Source: Schmidtea polychroa
Taxonomy: Eukaryota
Reading direction: 5' to 3'
DNA: 64,000 bases
Assembly (NCBI GenBank): GCA_044892525.1
Contig: CM097888.1
Location: 46,810,001-46,874,000, forward strand
Shown: positions 23,901-40,500 of the stretch, piece after piece
Layout of the letters: each line of letters starts with the position of its first letter
Position numbering within the stretch: position 1 is the stretch's first letter
The notes under the pieces: generated by a model
What the model saw: only the letters and a program-made list of their open reading frames with translations
What the model was told of the DNA's origin: nothing
Databases searched by the model: none
Translations under genes and position numbers: made by a program

Positions 23901-25647
23901 AACGAAGTAAAGTTTTAATAAAATTTAAATAAATTTATTGAAAAATTTTTTAAATAATAATTGAATAAAATTTAAATTAATTTTTGAATAAAGTTTAAAT
24001 CAATTATAAGTGATTTTTTTAATAAAATTTAAATTAATTACTAAATAAATTATAAATGATTATTTTTGAATAAATTTTAATTAATTATTGAATAGAGTTT
24101 AAATAAATTTATTGAATAAGATTGAATTCAATTTATTGAAATTAAAATTATCCTAAAAATTTGGATTCCGGATAATCGAGGTTCTAATGTATCTTTATTA
24201 AAGTGCTAAATGTTCAAGTATGAATTATTACATTTTAATTACTTAAACTAAGTGCAAATATTAATTAATTATAATTAAATATAATTAATATAATTAAATA
24301 TAATTAATATAATTAATATAATTAAATATAATTAATATAATTAATATAATTAAATATAATTAATCAATAATCAAATTTACAAATTCTTACTTTCAAACCC
24401 AAATCAAGCTCTTTCAATGATCTCTTCATTTCAGAAAGGAGAATATTCCATCTTTCGCACTCTTGAATGGCTACAACTACAAATGGTGTTCTCTCTTCCG
24501 GAGGGACCTTTGCTAAGAGTTCGGCCATATTGAAAAGTTCGGGCATTTTTTCCATAAACTCATCAAGTAAAGATTTCACTTTTTCCTCTTTTGGAGTTCC
24601 TGCAGATTGACCGCCACTGGTGTCTCGAGGTTGCATTTCAAACACCTATTTAACAATTGAAAAATTATTGCAAAAATTATCAATTCTTTACAATTCTGAA
24701 TAGTTCTTGACCAGTCGCATTGAGGAATTCGATTTCTGCATTTGGATGTAGTCCATAGAGAGTTGGTGATTCAGTGGGTAACATTTCATCAATGTAATTT
24801 TGATATCCACTGAAGTCGAGTGTTGGTGGAATTTTGAATCCTGGAGCTAAAAATAAATCTCCTTCAACCTGGAAATTGTAAAATGAATATCCTGATATCG
24901 GTTGGAATATTTATACCGTTTCTGGTTGCATATATTCTTCTAAGAACGATCTACACAGTCGTCTATCCCAATCATCAGTGATGTGGCCCCCATACATAAT
25001 CTCTCCAAACAGATATCGTAAATCGACCCATGGAACTTTTGAATTTGCTTCTAGGTAATTGTACAAAACGTCTATGCTGATTGTGAGATCTCCATTGTTG
25101 AACGGATAACTTCGATTCCACCCAATCGCTCCGAATTTGCTTCTTTGACATACAACTGCATGGAAATAGCACAAAGAAAACAATATCGCCTGGAACTCGA
25201 CTTGTTTTGAACATTTTTCTAATGTTTCCTATAAGGAATTGAAATTTTAAAAAACCGGGAAAATCTTAGGTTGGAAGGTTTAATACTTGATCAAAATTTG
25301 CTAGGGCTTTATGAATGTTTGCGTACATTCCAGTCGGAGGTTCATTTGTGATTTTGACTGATGCTTCCAAAATACCTTGTGGGATTATGTGGTTTTCTGG
25401 AATTCCAGCGGGCTCGGCGCTTATAAATATTCTGCACTGTGGATTGGTGTTTGAATCTTCAGCTATGGATTCTATGATTCTCTCCAAGGTTGCTAGCCAT
25501 TTTGAAACCAGGTGAACATTTTGTAACACTATCCAATGACCATGTTCCGATGAGAGTTTTAATGCTTCCTCCGCAACTACCTGATTGAATATTTCAAGGC
25601 GTGTTAGTCAAAATAATTTGTTCTTTAACAAGTCTTATAGGTATGAG

Positions 25648-25689
<42 letters not shown>

Positions 25690-28600
25690 TTCCTTATACT
25701 GTATGACTTATGACTTTTGTAAATGGCAATATGAAAGTCAAGCTACGTCCTATAGAAATATCGAAGAATAGATATGACAAGTTGACAAAAAGAAATATTA
25801 ATGAAACCTGTTGAATCTCGCTTACATTGGAAATCTAAAACAGACCTGGATAACGAGCCCCCTATGAACCGTATAAGGCTAGAAGCTGAATTTTTTTGGG
25901 GAGAAGAAAAATATTTGAATTTGTTTTTGTAAAATTGCATTATTTTTTAATATTAATATTGAAATTTATATATTTATGAAGGATAAATAATGTTCTGACG
26001 ACTTGATTACTTCTCAGCTACTGTGTCGCGATAGGCCTTGTGGTGAGCTATTAGAATTTGCTAATGAATGTCTAATTACCGATGCAAAGTATAATCAATA
26101 ATAATAACAAAAATAATTATTAGAATTTAGTATAAATTGTAAATGAAATCATCTATACAAATTATATTTTAATAAAATTGTGATTATATACAGTGGAGTC
26201 ACTAGGGGAGTGCGGGAGTGCAGACCGCACCTGGCGATACCATCACAAGGGGTGACACCAAAATGTATATCATTCTGTCACTCCCTGAAATTATTCTATG
26301 CATTGTTTCAGCCCAGCCGGCCCAACACCCTGCGACAGAAATGTATTATATTAATGAAATATAAAAATATCTCTGTTCTGTTAGTTATAAACACAAAAGC
26401 GTGTTATAGTTTTGCGTGTATAATAACTATTTCAGAATATAACGTTAAGATTGTTCGTTTCTTTGTACTAACTTCTGATAATCAACACGTAACAACACGT
26501 AAATATAGGACCTATATTTATAAACGTTACTAAGGATTTTGTATGTTTCCGTTATTTAGCACTGGCGGAGTTGGATGAGGTCTATGGGGTGTTGTGAGGA
26601 GGGTAACACCATGAGTTACCGCACTGGATGACACCAACCCTAGTGACGCCATTGATTAAATATAATACATCTATAGGAACAATTTTATTTGTAGTATAAC
26701 TTTATTTGGCATTTGGTGTACAATTTAATTTGTAGATCATTAAAAGTGTGTCACGAAAAAAATGTTGAGAATCAATGCCAACGGCACAAGGGCCCAGGAC
26801 GAAAAATTAGTAAAATTTATACGTTCGAGCATTATAAATTCCCCGATTGTCATCAAACCAAGCATCGCTTTGGCGTTTGTTTTGTTTTTATTAAGACAGC
26901 AACCACAGTTTGGACGGTTTATACATTTAATATTATTAGGAATCTATATTGGATATAGTTGTAAACCACATATGTCACACCCATTCATCTATTAAATTAT
27001 TTGCTTTACTTGACGTTGGTTTTTTTATGTGATGAGGACTTGTTTATTAACTTCGTTCGACAAATATTTTGTGCGTCCCAAAATCTGCACAAGGGCCACA
27101 GAAATCCTTGGTACGCCACTGATCAATGCATTGTTTTAATTTTGAAATTGTTTCCTGTGTGGTTTTGTGCTGCAGATGTCTGATCTAAGAGATAACTATC
27201 AATGTGTGAACATTACAAAGAGATAATCAAATGAATAACGAGTGGTGGGAGACGTATAAGTATATTAATAAAACTTTTCCGGAAATTTTATTTATTGCGC
27301 CCCGTGTAATGAATATTCTTTTTAATTAATCTATGCAGATATTTTATTGTTAATTTTACGCATGAATTTAACTAATTGATTGTTTGTTTGTATTTGATGC
27401 AGAAAAGATGAAATAGCTTGGAAAGATATTGGCAAAAAGTCCGTCATTGGAAATCCTCAGAAGATAATGATAATAGGATCTTTTTAATTTTCTTTTTCTT
27501 AAGACTTGGTAAATGTGAATTAATTTGGGTTTCCTATTTTGCTTGATATGCATTATGTATATAACAAAATCAAAATCAAATTTATATCAAAATCACTTCA
27601 AAAGGCAGTCCAAAAATTTGTGAATATAAAAAGAAAACATCGATATCTTTACTGATACATAGTCAAGCTTTTTAATAAATATAATGTCAATTGAAAAGAA
27701 ATCAGTGGTGAAGATTGAAAAAAGTTCTTATAATAAAATGATAATAAAAATAAAGTTAATTTTTTAAAATTTTTCAAGTAACTTCAAGTTAAATTTTATG
27801 TCAAAAATTTCGATTTGATCTGACACGTACAAACAAACAAATTAATGACAGTTATTATATTATTAATTAAAAAGAATTATTTTATAATCGAAAATTTCCA
27901 TATAATATATAAAAATTAATATTATAATTTAATGTAAAAATATAAATGCCAAAATAAGGATAGTTGTTTGTAAATTTTTGGTCATCTTTGATCTGTTTTT
28001 TCTTTTAAAATTTCATTTATCTTCATTTTGACTATAGATTACTATTATTTTCCTATTTAATGCAAAATTTTTACATTGCCTTTTTCAATTGTTAAATAGG
28101 AAAAAATATCTCTAGTCGATGTGAAATTTCATGTTTATCCAATTTCATTTGTTTTGAAGTAAAAATTAAGTATTCATATGTTTTAAAAATTTCTTTACAT
28201 TTACAATTAAAAACAATTCAAGGTCATATTTTATTTTCTTTATCTCTTCTTACCTCTTAACTCATGAAGGGGTCCAAGGCTAAAAATCTTATGGAACCCT
28301 TTCATAAGTTTTTTTATAAAAAAGGTTAATTTGTTTCCTGCTGTTAAAATAATATATTTAAAATAATAGTTTAATTTCGAAAATAATATTATATTTATTC
28401 ATATATGAAAATGTTAAACATGAAGTACAAATCATAAATAAAATAGACATTAATTTAGAAGCATTTTCTTCTAAATCTTTTCTCTGCAAAATCTTCAGCA
28501 GCTACTTTAGAAAGGTATTATATTAAATATAATATGTAATAGAATTAAATACTTCTTTACTTATATTACATAAATATAATAATCTGCAAATAATTAAAAA

Positions 28601-31468
28601 ATGTAATAAGTTTTTATTATAATAATTCTGCGTTTAAACAATAGGAAAGAAAATAAATGACATTTCAAATAATTACCTCTTGTCCCTGACCCAATGAAAT
28701 GTTGTGGAAATTGCTATTGGAAGTTGTGAATCCTAATTTCTTTCCAAGGGATTCCACAGACTTTAATGGATCGACACCTGGAGATAGGATGAAAAATATT
28801 GGTGTAGAACTTGTAGCTTCTTCGAAAGACTTAACAAATTCTACTTGTCTTCCTTCTGCGTATTTAGCGCCGAGATTTTCCGAAATAAAATCTCTATTTA
28901 CAAATGTGAATGAAAACGTTATTGTCTATTAAATCTACTTGATTGCATATATCATACGATCTGGCCTCAGAACTCTCATCATGCACAGTTTTTGTATTGC
29001 GGATTTATTTTTCCAATCTTGTGGAAATTTTTCTTTTTCCGGTGCTTCACTTTCTACAAATTTTTTCCATCTTTTGGCCGATCCAACGATATCATTGTCA
29101 AGGTTTTTAAATTCATTGCTTTCCAAAGCTACAAGAGCCTGTTTGGAAGGTTTACGAGTGAAAATGTAATGTTTTCTATAATGAGACTAACTTTAATTCC
29201 TCCCCAGCCGATATGGCTGATAAAGTCCACAGGAGAAGTTAAATTTGGAATTACTGGCAACCTCAGAAGAAAGTCTAACTCACTGATATCTATTTGACTT
29301 GCATTGAGAAGGATCTTTATTAAGGAGTGATAGATAGATAGATTTCATGGAGTAAATTATGTATTACTTGTAATGTCATTTGAGTAGTAAATATCAGTTT
29401 GTCCTTCTCGAATAAACCTCGAGTAGTATAGACGTACAGCATATACGTCACGCTGTCTAATATGTTCATAACACGTTCCTTTTCATCCTCAGAATAATCT
29501 GCTCGATCTATTGCGTTTTCAAACACCACCGTAAAAGCCTGAAAATCATGAGATAAAAACAAAAAAATCACCAAACATGGAAACCTTCAATGAGAATTGG
29601 TACATTGGGTTGATTTTATAAAGATCGTTCATGATAAAGAACACCAAAGAAGCACGAGTTGCACAAACCCGGAATTGGTTTCTTGTCGCATTAATCATAA
29701 TTTCCGCTTCTTTTCCTTCTTTGACCTTTTTCTCGATGTCCAATGCTGTGGCTTTGTTAGTTTCAAGATTTTCTACTAACACATAATTTCCCAGAAAGTT
29801 TCCTTCCGCTGATGAAAGCTTTTCTAGTAAAGCATCCTCCAGTTCGGTGAGAGTTATTTTGAACTGATTTTGTGATCTCATCAGTTCGGATTTAATCTCC
29901 TCTAATTCGGGTTTTTCTTTTTGCACCACCGATGCTAGCAACTGATCTTCCAGCCCATCTCGAGTCACTGTGAAATTTATCAAAGTGGTTTGGGCTTGCA
30001 TTTCCGGTTTATAGTGAGGATTTGCTAATTTCGTTTGTAGGATTAGTTTGAACTTCGGATTGAAATCAATTTCTTTGTCACCGATTTTAATAGCTCGACC
30101 TTTTTTGATCGTCATTCTTCCCAACAACGGATCAAGAACTGGATCAATGGATTCACCAATGTTTTCAATTAGTAAGATGTCGCCTGCTGTAATTGATTCT
30201 TCAATGGTATCGAGATAACGTTTTCTATCCAGTCTAACAATTTTCAGGTTGTCTCCATATTTCTTTTTGATCCATTTCATCGCTTGTAGTTGAGGATCAA
30301 CCAAAAGAGGCCATCTTTCACAGCGTTCCATAATTGCTGCATTTTCAATAGACATTCTGTCAGTTGGAAGTCCTTCATTACTCCATCCTGCTATTATTGC
30401 GTCATCCACTAGTATTACTATTGGATCCAAGTTATCACTGATTGGAATCTTAACCTTTTGATTCGACATGAATGGAAACCAATGCTTTTCCAGGAGGTCT
30501 ATACGATACTGCTTAGTGAAGTATCCGACATAGGAAATAAATGCCGCCGCTACTAAAACATCCCCAGGCAAAGTTTTGGCTTGAATTTTCATTTCTGCCA
30601 CTTGTAAATTCCAACGATCATTTTCCGATGCAAGTCCATTGACTAGCCGATTTGCTAATTCTATCGTTTTGACAGTTTGATCGGCTTCCTGTTGAACTTG
30701 TTGCATTTTATTCTGTGCATCTGTATATTGGGCATTCAAAAGAGCCAAAGACTTTTCCAAATCTGCAACCTTTTCCCGAATAACTGCCAATTTATCTGAT
30801 GCGGCTTTAAGTTCGGTTTCTGCGGCTAATAAAGCATCTCTTTTCGGTTTGACTTCTTTGTAGACTTCATTGTATAGTACTACGTTAATAACCCAGGCAC
30901 AAAGTCCAGCAGCTGCAGCTGATTTCGTACGCACATTATCTGGCTCGAAATCCGGTTTCGATAAGTATTCTTTTGTTCCTTTGAGACTGTTGTCATGTAT
31001 ATTGTCTTTGTCATAATTTATTAGAGCATCTAAAAATTGGTCAACTTTTCCCATCGCTACTTTTGCTGCTTTCCATCCTCTGTCTCTTGGGAGCTTTCCT
31101 CCCGATGCCATTAAACACATAACAGCACCCATGACTGTCACAACAATTGGTGGAGGCTGTGCAAAGGATTTCATTTCTGTTAGATTGTCTTTATTTAATG
31201 TATTTAAGGCTGCCTGGGCTGCAAGAAGGGCGGGTTCAGCTTTTGCTAAATCAGCGGCGCAATCGTTACGTTTCTTATTGACTTCCACCTGTATTTTTGA
31301 CACTTTTTCATCTTCTTGGTCAGCAAATTCTTTTTCTTTCTGAACTCGTTCAGCATCCTGACTCAATGTAACGAGCAATTTGCTGGCATCAGATTTTCGT
31401 TTTTCCACTTCTTCTTCTTGGTCAGCTAATTTAGATTTCAAAGCGTCAACCTGAAATGTTGATAAACA

Positions 31469-31506
<38 letters not shown>

Positions 31507-34500
31507 TTGGAATACTTGTTCTGCTGTCGATTCCAATTTCGTCAAGCCATTTTCTAATCTCTCGATTTTAGCCAAAAGTTCTGTGTTCTTTTGTTCCAAG
31601 AGATTTTCATACAATGAAATTTGTTCTAAAAACGATTTTGGAGTTGTGTAATTGTATCTTCGGTCATTTGTCAAATAGGTTGTACTCATTTCATTGACAG
31701 ACTTTTGGGCAAACGCCAAAAACTCTGAGGTAGAGTCTTTAAGGTTATCCTGGAGAAAATATAAACATTCTTTGTAACAAAGAGAAATTATATAGAATAT
31801 ACGTCTAATAATCGGAAATCTTCCAAAAATCGTCTAGATACAGAAATAAGAGCCTGCTCTGGCCATTCGTGGAACCAGTCGATATTTGTACAGTTGACTA
31901 GAGCTGGAAACTTTCTTGCACGAACTCGAAGCGTCATTCCAACAGGCGAAAAGCAAAGAATAACCTAATGAAAATAAATATTGGATTATTAAAAGTCATT
32001 CAGCTATCAATTGGCTGTTGATATGAATAATGTGTAAATGTTTTATTAATAATGTTTTCTTAATAGTTTTATTCTATTTATTAAAAAGTTTGACTATGAA
32101 TCAGTAAAGATATCGAAAATCATCGATATCTTTATTGATTCATTGTCAAGATTTTAAATAAATACGATGTCAATTGAAAAGAATACAGTGGTGAAAATTG
32201 AAAAAAGTTCTTATAATAATAATATTTTTAATTTACAACAATGAAGGATTTTTTTAATTTGATAATCAATTTAATAATTTCTTAGTAAAAAATTAAAAAT
32301 AATTACTCAAATATCCGTCTGACATCCGTTTATATTTGCTAAATAAATACCGTCTAAATTTTGTAGTTAGGATTATTTTTGAATAAATGTATTTAAAAAA
32401 TCGGAAAAAAGTTATTTATTATTTTTATTAAGCCTTTTCCCTTCTATTTACTAGACAAGCGGTTCGGGAAAAATTTCATTTGTTAAAGAAGATCTTCCGG
32501 GAACAAAAGTTTGGAATCTAATATTATTACCTTCAATGTTTTTTGGACTCTTTCCAAAAAGAATCTCCAGCAATTTTCTTTTGTATCTTGTATGCCTTGC
32601 GCTTTTACTTCATTTCTCAAACTATTGCAAATATTTTCAACATCATCATCCGGGAATAAATCCGTGATTTCGCCTGATGCCAACAAATCATTGACAAGAA
32701 CTAAGAATTTTTCATCGGCTATTTGTGCATCTGTCAATAAGAAGACTGTGCCAATATTTTTCTGTCCAGTTTTGATATAAAGTTGACCCAAATCTTGTTT
32801 CAGTTCTGCAATTCCATATCCCTTTCGTAGAGTAACCTATATACAATAAGAAAAGTAAAATCTAATGAAGGACTCATTTCATTTTACCTGAAAGACTTCT
32901 AATGAGCTTAGATATGCAGATAATCTGGATAGCGATTGTTTGCCACTTCCTCCTACTCCTATCAGGAGGGCATTTCCACGAGGCGATTCAAGAATACGAC
33001 TTATTCTTAGAACATGCTGAATGGCATCTTGAAACAGAACTAAGTTCATCGCTGCGTTTGTTTCGTTATAGGTTTCCAGGGCTTCCGTTAAAATCTTTTT
33101 AATCCCATCCAAACTTTCAACGGCCATATAACGTTCATCACCAATATGCCGAGCGTAATGACAATATAAAAGCGGCTGTTTCCATAAATCTTCGTCACCA
33201 CTACTATACCAATCTGATAAATGTTTCTTAGCGGCTTCTTTGACGATTTGTTGATATTTTACCAAATCGTCATCATCAACGAACTTGTCACAATAAACTC
33301 TTTCACATTCATGAAGCCAAAGCCTTGCTAAAGCTTGCTTGTTCTTCACGCAATCAGGTGTTGAAAACAATATCCCCTAAATTGGAATATGAATTATGAA
33401 ATCAAATAATGGGAAATTTGCCTGGAAAATGTTACTCAAATCACGCAAATTAAAGGTATAATGAAATTTTATAGCAGTTGGCAGGAAGTTCGATGTTATT
33501 CTTTGTTGAAGGGTAAGAGCACAACTGACCAATTCCTTTGCTACATGCATTCGCTTCAATTCCAAACTGAATTCTTGGCCTGACTGTTCAGACAATAAAT
33601 GTTGATTCAGAATGCTTGCATAAATTGTTTCCAAAGCTTCTTCACCAGGGAATGACATGGCAAATAAGCAGAAATGTCGCTGAAAATGGAAAATATAATT
33701 TTCTTTATTTTATCTTTTCTTAGGATTAATAATATTATAAATTTTCACTGAGATTATTACGTTCCTATAAATAAAAAGAATATATGATTGAATATGGCTG
33801 TATAACTACCGTATTTTCCCGCATACAATACGCAGGTTATACCGAATTTTACATACCCCGCAGGAGGGGGGGCGGTTTATATCAAACCTTTTTACACGTA
33901 TTGGTTAATTTACTAAATTGGTTAATTTTTACACAAAACTTAAAGTATATGAGGGTGTGGATTATCTGCGTATGCGGGCTATATGTGGGAAAATACGGTA
34001 TAAGTTTTAATCTTTGAAACTACCGGTAAACATTCGGCTTCAAAGGCAATCATTTTAATTATAGAAAAAAAAGGCAAAAATCTACAATTTCAAAAGGGAA
34101 AGTTACCGGATAATATTCAAAGTCCCTTAACTTAAACATCATCAAAGACACTTGAAAATTATTACAATTTGGATACTTAGACATAAAAAAAGACAAGGAG
34201 TACTCTAGGTAGATGATTTTATATTTAACTATAGGGAGCAAGTGACTGTGAGTTATCTTATACCCTGGATTGCACAGTTCCTAGGTAATATGTACTTCTG
34301 AGTTTGAATTGATTAAATTACACCTTACCTTTCACACCAACCTAACCCTTGTAACTCGTGAAATTGTAATTAGTCATGTACTCACATTTTCCTCAAAACT
34401 GGCATTTAAGGTATACGGATAAAAATCTATATAATTTATTAAAATTTATAAAACTCTATAATAACTAGTATAATCCTCCGTCAAGCATGACGGGAAAAGT

Positions 34501-37500
34501 TAAAATGATAATAAAAATAAAGTTAATTTTTTGTAAATTTTATTTTTAAAATTTTTCAAGTAACTTTAAGTTAAATTTTACATGTCCAAAGTTTTCTTAT
34601 AAACTATATTGTGAGTGAAATTCCTTTTATTCCTTGTTGTGGCCTTGGATCGATGTATATTTTTATGTTGTCACGATTCCTTGACTTCGATAAAGCTACA
34701 TATAGTTGTCCATGTGAGAAAACCGGGTCGTTTAAAAAGATTTTATTTATTATATTTATATTATATATAATATTATTAGTGGATTTGATCTGACACACGT
34801 ACAAACAAACAAACAAATTAATGACGGATATTATATTATTAATAATATGAGTAGTAATGTTGGGATTGCATAAAAATAATATATTATAAATTGATCAGAA
34901 ATTAAAAGTTACATAGGTGTCATGAATTAATTAAAATTTAAAAAATCATTAATTAAATTACAGGATGAATATAGTAATAAAATTTTTAATTTTTTGTGTC
35001 TTATTTGTTAAAATAGAATATGAAGAGTTAGAAACTGTTATTATCATACCAATTATTTTTCAGGAAATCCAATAGTAATAAAAATTTTAATAAATTAATA
35101 AAAACTACCTGAAGTCGAGGATTGACAGAAAAGCTACCGGCAGTCGGATTCATACAAGCAACATATAATGTGTTGTGGACTTCTTTCGGAGTTAATTTCG
35201 TTCTATCGTACCAATGGTTATAGTCAAGGTGTTGCCTCATTAAGGTGTGAGGTTGAACTGTGAAATATTTGTCCACTTCTGGCATGTTCAAGTCATCAAC
35301 AAAATAGATCAATTGCCGATTTCCTGGTGGACCGTAATTCTTTCCGGCTTTCTTTTCCAAAGGTTTTTCGAGAACTCTTTGAAGCATTGCGCTGGTCGTG
35401 TAGAAATTGAATGGGACATTTGCTACCATATATGAGTCTGTTGTTTCAACAAGTGATCGTAATTTGTCCTGAGAAATTATTTATACCAAAACTTTCCTAT
35501 TAATATTCAAACAAACCTGCATCAGTACTGTTTTACCAGTCCCGGCATTTCCCACTAGCATCACAGGATGCTTTTTAGCTATAAGTAAATCAAGGAAGTA
35601 TTTCAAACGCACCGTTTCGTTGGTATACACCAATGTTGACTAAGATTTTTTTATATATAAAATATATTTTGTTAATCAAATTATTACCTGTAACGGGATT
35701 TCGCTGTTCAATTCGAATTGTGGAACTTTCTTTTGCCATGGCTCAAATTTCTTCGTAGCTGGATCTATGAATACATCAAATACCAGAGCATCTTTAGGGA
35801 ATTTGACGAATTTGAATTCTGTTGTAAACCATCTTGAGAATTCCAGCCGATGGTCAATTAACTTAAATATTATTTTAATTTTATTTCAATAGTATTTATA
35901 ATATATCTTCCATTATTAACACTAGAACTACCAGACCAATCAAAATGACTGGTTTTACTTTTTATTATTAAATCGTGCTCAATTGTTTATTTTATTTTTA
36001 TGAATTATGTTATGACTTTTCTAGTGATACATCTATGTTTATTATAATGAATTTTATTTTGTTTGCTTAATTATAGAAAAAGTTTTTTCTACTTTTGCTA
36101 CATATTCTAACATCAGTCAAATATTAAATTCTTTTTAATAGTTCTATTTACTGCAAAGGGCTTATCTTATCATTTAATTGTTAAACATTTAGTTTATTCT
36201 CCTACAAAAAAACAATCATTTTATATTCAACTAAAGATCAATGTTTTATTTTTGCTATTTTAAGTGTTATTTAAAAGATTAAAGAAATAAAAACAAGTGT
36301 CGAAAATTTGTGTTATATAGAAAATATTGATCAACAGTAAAAAAGTAACTGAGAATAAATCTGTAAATAAAAATAAAAAAACTATAAATAAAAATGAATC
36401 ATAAAAGAAAAGGATAAATGACGTTACTGACAATAATATAATAATTCATTTTCTTTTCCTGTCACTTAATTTTCGACACAACCTTTATCATAAAATTTGT
36501 GTATAATTTGAATTTATTGATTTTAGTTTCAAACGGTATCTATCTAAAAATAGTAATTATTAATTACTATTGATATACCTAAAATACTTTGTTTACCGTA
36601 TTTTTTATTTAATTTCTAAATATAGTAAATTTTAATTACTATTTATATTTCATTTCTAACTTATTTCTAAAACAACACCCCTCAACTCAATGTGTGATTC
36701 CTACCTCATCTCAGACCCCAACATCCTTTAGCTACCGAAAAAAGGTGCTGCTATCCGAGTGGAAGTGTATATGTTATTATTGGATTAATTTTTCTCATAT
36801 TAAAGGATTTTCTCTGTGTACCTTGAATTTTGAAATTTTGTCTTTTTGAATAAAATTTTTTTATTAAGAAATTTGGAAATATGATTTCATATTTTATTAT
36901 TCGAGTATTTTAGTATATTCATTTTGTAGGTTGTCAACATTTCACATCCGTAATTTGTGCATTTACTTCAATTGTACCAATCCTGAAACTGGAGGCTCTT
37001 TTGGGATCTACATTATTTCCATGACCAATAAACAAACAACACATAAATAACATTCACAAACCTAATTAATAACCCTTTAATAAACGGTTGTATTGTTTAT
37101 CATTCAAGAATCATTATTTACCTGATCCTGAAATGTACATCCACCGAATGCCCATACGCAGCAAAACACGAAAAACAACTCGTAAAGCTCCTTTGAAGCA
37201 TCGTTGGCTACGATTCCATTGTCAGGAGTCAATAAACAATCTAACAGTCTACACAACATTTCCACTTGACTAATTTCTGGGACTGGAGTAATCTTTTGGA
37301 ACTTAGACTTCATTGCGTCAAGGCACATCGGTACGTATTTGTCAAATAACACTGTGAGATTGGCTTGTTCAGTTTGAGCTTCTCTTTTGTTGATCCAACT
37401 CGTCACAAAGGGTTGCCAACCCAAATCCTTCAAAGTAATTATAGAAACATTAACATGATTATTATTTTACTGTTGGATTTATGTAAAGAATTCCAGCTCT

Positions 37501-40500
37501 GGAAACTGTAGCTGGGGTTGCAGTTTTCAAATGACTGATTTCAAACAGAAGTCTCATTGAGGGAGTTAAAGGAATTCTTTCGTTGCTAGCTAATGTCAGA
37601 ACTTTATTGTCATCCATTACAGTATTTAAAGATTCAATCCACATCGGATCTATGTCTCCGTCTAGGACAATCCATTTTGGTCCATCATGGGGTATATTTG
37701 CTAAGTCTCGCATTACTACCGAAAAGAGACCTAAAAAGATTTAATATTAATAATATTAATATTAATTTAATATCCCTTTAAACACTATATTATAATTATT
37801 CCTCTTCGGAAGACTAAATCAAATAAAAATGATATTTTATAACCAATAAAACTTTGAGATTTTTTCAATTCTTATGACTCAAGATGTTACATGGGTTAAA
37901 TAACGTCTTAGTACACTAGTATATGTGATAAGAGACTACAGATTTAGTCTAAACTCCTCAGATAGCAATTGTTCAAAATATTACAAATTCAGTGAGAAAT
38001 GGTGAGAAAACTACAGTATCCCTTATAATTACGAATGAAACTGTCAAAAGAAAGAGAATATAAGTATACCCCATTTACAATACCAATGAAACTGACCTCT
38101 GTCAGACTGTTCCTGATAGAATATGGACCTATATGGGCCTATGGACATACTATCCTAAAAGAATATGGACCGTTTTACTGTGGCGTTTCGATATAAAGTT
38201 ACAACATAAGAAAGATTTAGTAACTTATTGACAATTGTAGGGAACATCTCTATTTAGACAGCCTAAAAACATGAAGCTGTAATTTCTTCTTCTCAAAGCC
38301 ATATAATTAGTGTAGACAATAAGCATGGGAAATATTAATAATTAAACATTGTATTCATTGAAGAATATCTAATAGAAAATTCTTCAATAGCCAGAAATTA
38401 GTGCAAAGTCGACCCCTGTGAGTATTACAGTTTGTCCATGATAGTCGGCAAGTTATAAAATATATTTATAAGATATTAATATTTGTTTATATTCACTTTA
38501 TTTCAAATTTAAAATTGCTTGAAAATATTGTTTAAATGGAAGTCACATTATTATTATTATTATTATTATGAATATTATTATATGAATAATTTCCATTTAA
38601 GCATTATCTTTATAAACACAATTATTCGATAGAGAAATGTTGATTTTCAGATAATATTGAAATAAAAATATCATGTTGTCGATTCAAATTAAAAGCTATG
38701 TTAATCATTAAATATTCAATTTATAAATAAATAACTATATAGAGTCCAATTCGTGTATTAGCAAATCGTCTAATAGCGAAATTCACCTAATATCAAGCTT
38801 TAATGGATTAACTAATACCATGCACCATAATAGCAAGATTTGCTTGATATCAAGAACTTCTCAATCACATTTATGAAATTGATTCGCTTATTCGCAAGAT
38901 TAAGTAGTCGTGTAAACATATAAAATCTACAGCGACTCAGCTCCTGCTGTTTTTACGCCGCCCCCCCCATTTCCACTTATTGCCTTAGTGGTTATGAATT
39001 CGCAAATTTTTTAATTTTATTCTTTTGATTGTATATGATTGATTATTTTTTTTTTTTATTCTTTCATATTTTCAGATCTCTATGAGAATCAACTGATTCA
39101 TAAAATATCATATTTTCAATTTAACATCTAAACTTTCGTAAATCCTTTGGGAGGTATCTTAATTTTGCATAAAGTGGATGGTCCATTTAAATCTTTGTTT
39201 TTTTTATATTTCGGAAAAATTCACTTGAAAAAAGCAGTGCCGAAAATTCGCGAGTATCAACAAACATCGATATATTACTGATTTATAGTCTTCAAACTCT
39301 CTTTTTAATATATATATAAACAATATATACATACCATCCTTCCATTCTCTTGTAGCCGGATTGATTATACCAAACAATTCATCATTTGTAACGGCTTTCG
39401 GATTTATATCTATGGCTATTGGTTTCTTGTTAGCTCTTTTGTATGTTCTATTCAATGTCCTCCATACATTGGTTTTGCCTGTTCCAGCATTGCCAACAAT
39501 GAAAACTGAATGTCTAACATCGAATAACTCTTGTAATTGAACCACCTGACAGTTTGCATTATAAGTATAGCTATTTCAACCAAATTATTTTTACTTTTAA
39601 AATGAAATTGTCTTCGGGTTGAAGATGATTTTCAAGAACAGCTTGTTTGATCTCAGCTTCAAATTCAGGATTTCGTTTTCTCGGTACATCCAAAGCAGGA
39701 AACAGATCTCCTATCAATCCCATAAATATCGGCAAATCATCTGTGACGATCTTCGGAGTGTTAAAATCCCTTAGAGCACGCATTAAAACTTGATCTTCTG
39801 GTCTTTCTCTATCGTTTCGTTTTAAACCTCCAGCAACAACCAATACAGATTTAATTGCTCTTAATCCCCAATCGTAATGGTCTTGTTTGCTCAGCAATTC
39901 TCGACAGAGATTGTACAGAGTGATGAATTTTCTGGCCAACAATCGAGCTTCTAAGAATCCTTCAGCGACCAACATAATTTCACAAATCAAATCAAAGTCC
40001 GGTACGACCATAGCACATGGACGAAATAGTGCCTATTTCAAAATGAATATAGAAAAAAGAAATATATTAATTGTTTACTTTTAAGTTTTCCGGTAATTCC
40101 GTTCTTCCTGCATAACCTGGGTTCATTGTAATAAATATTCCAACAGTCGGAGCTATTGAAATCGTTTCTCCCAAAAATTTAAATGTAGTATACTCGTCAT
40201 CTGATCCTTGCATTTGTTCATGAGTCAAACCTTTCAGCGCATCCTGAATGCACTTGACCTGCACTGCAACTACAGATAGCACTTCAACTGATATTCTGTT
40301 GAATTCATCAAAACATCCCCAGGCTCCACATTGTGCTAGACCTTTGTAGATGTTTCCTTAAATTATCATTGTCATTACCATTGGATAACATGGACTATAG
40401 CAATTTACCTATTGATTTGTAATCCATTTGTTCAGAACAATTATAGACATAGACCATCATTCCTAATGCACGACCCAAATCTTTTGTAGTTTCAGTCTTT

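Noticed and set aside
23400-23950. Possible ISL2EU/PIF-type transposase remnant
   Set aside because: Too degenerate to assign from manual translation.
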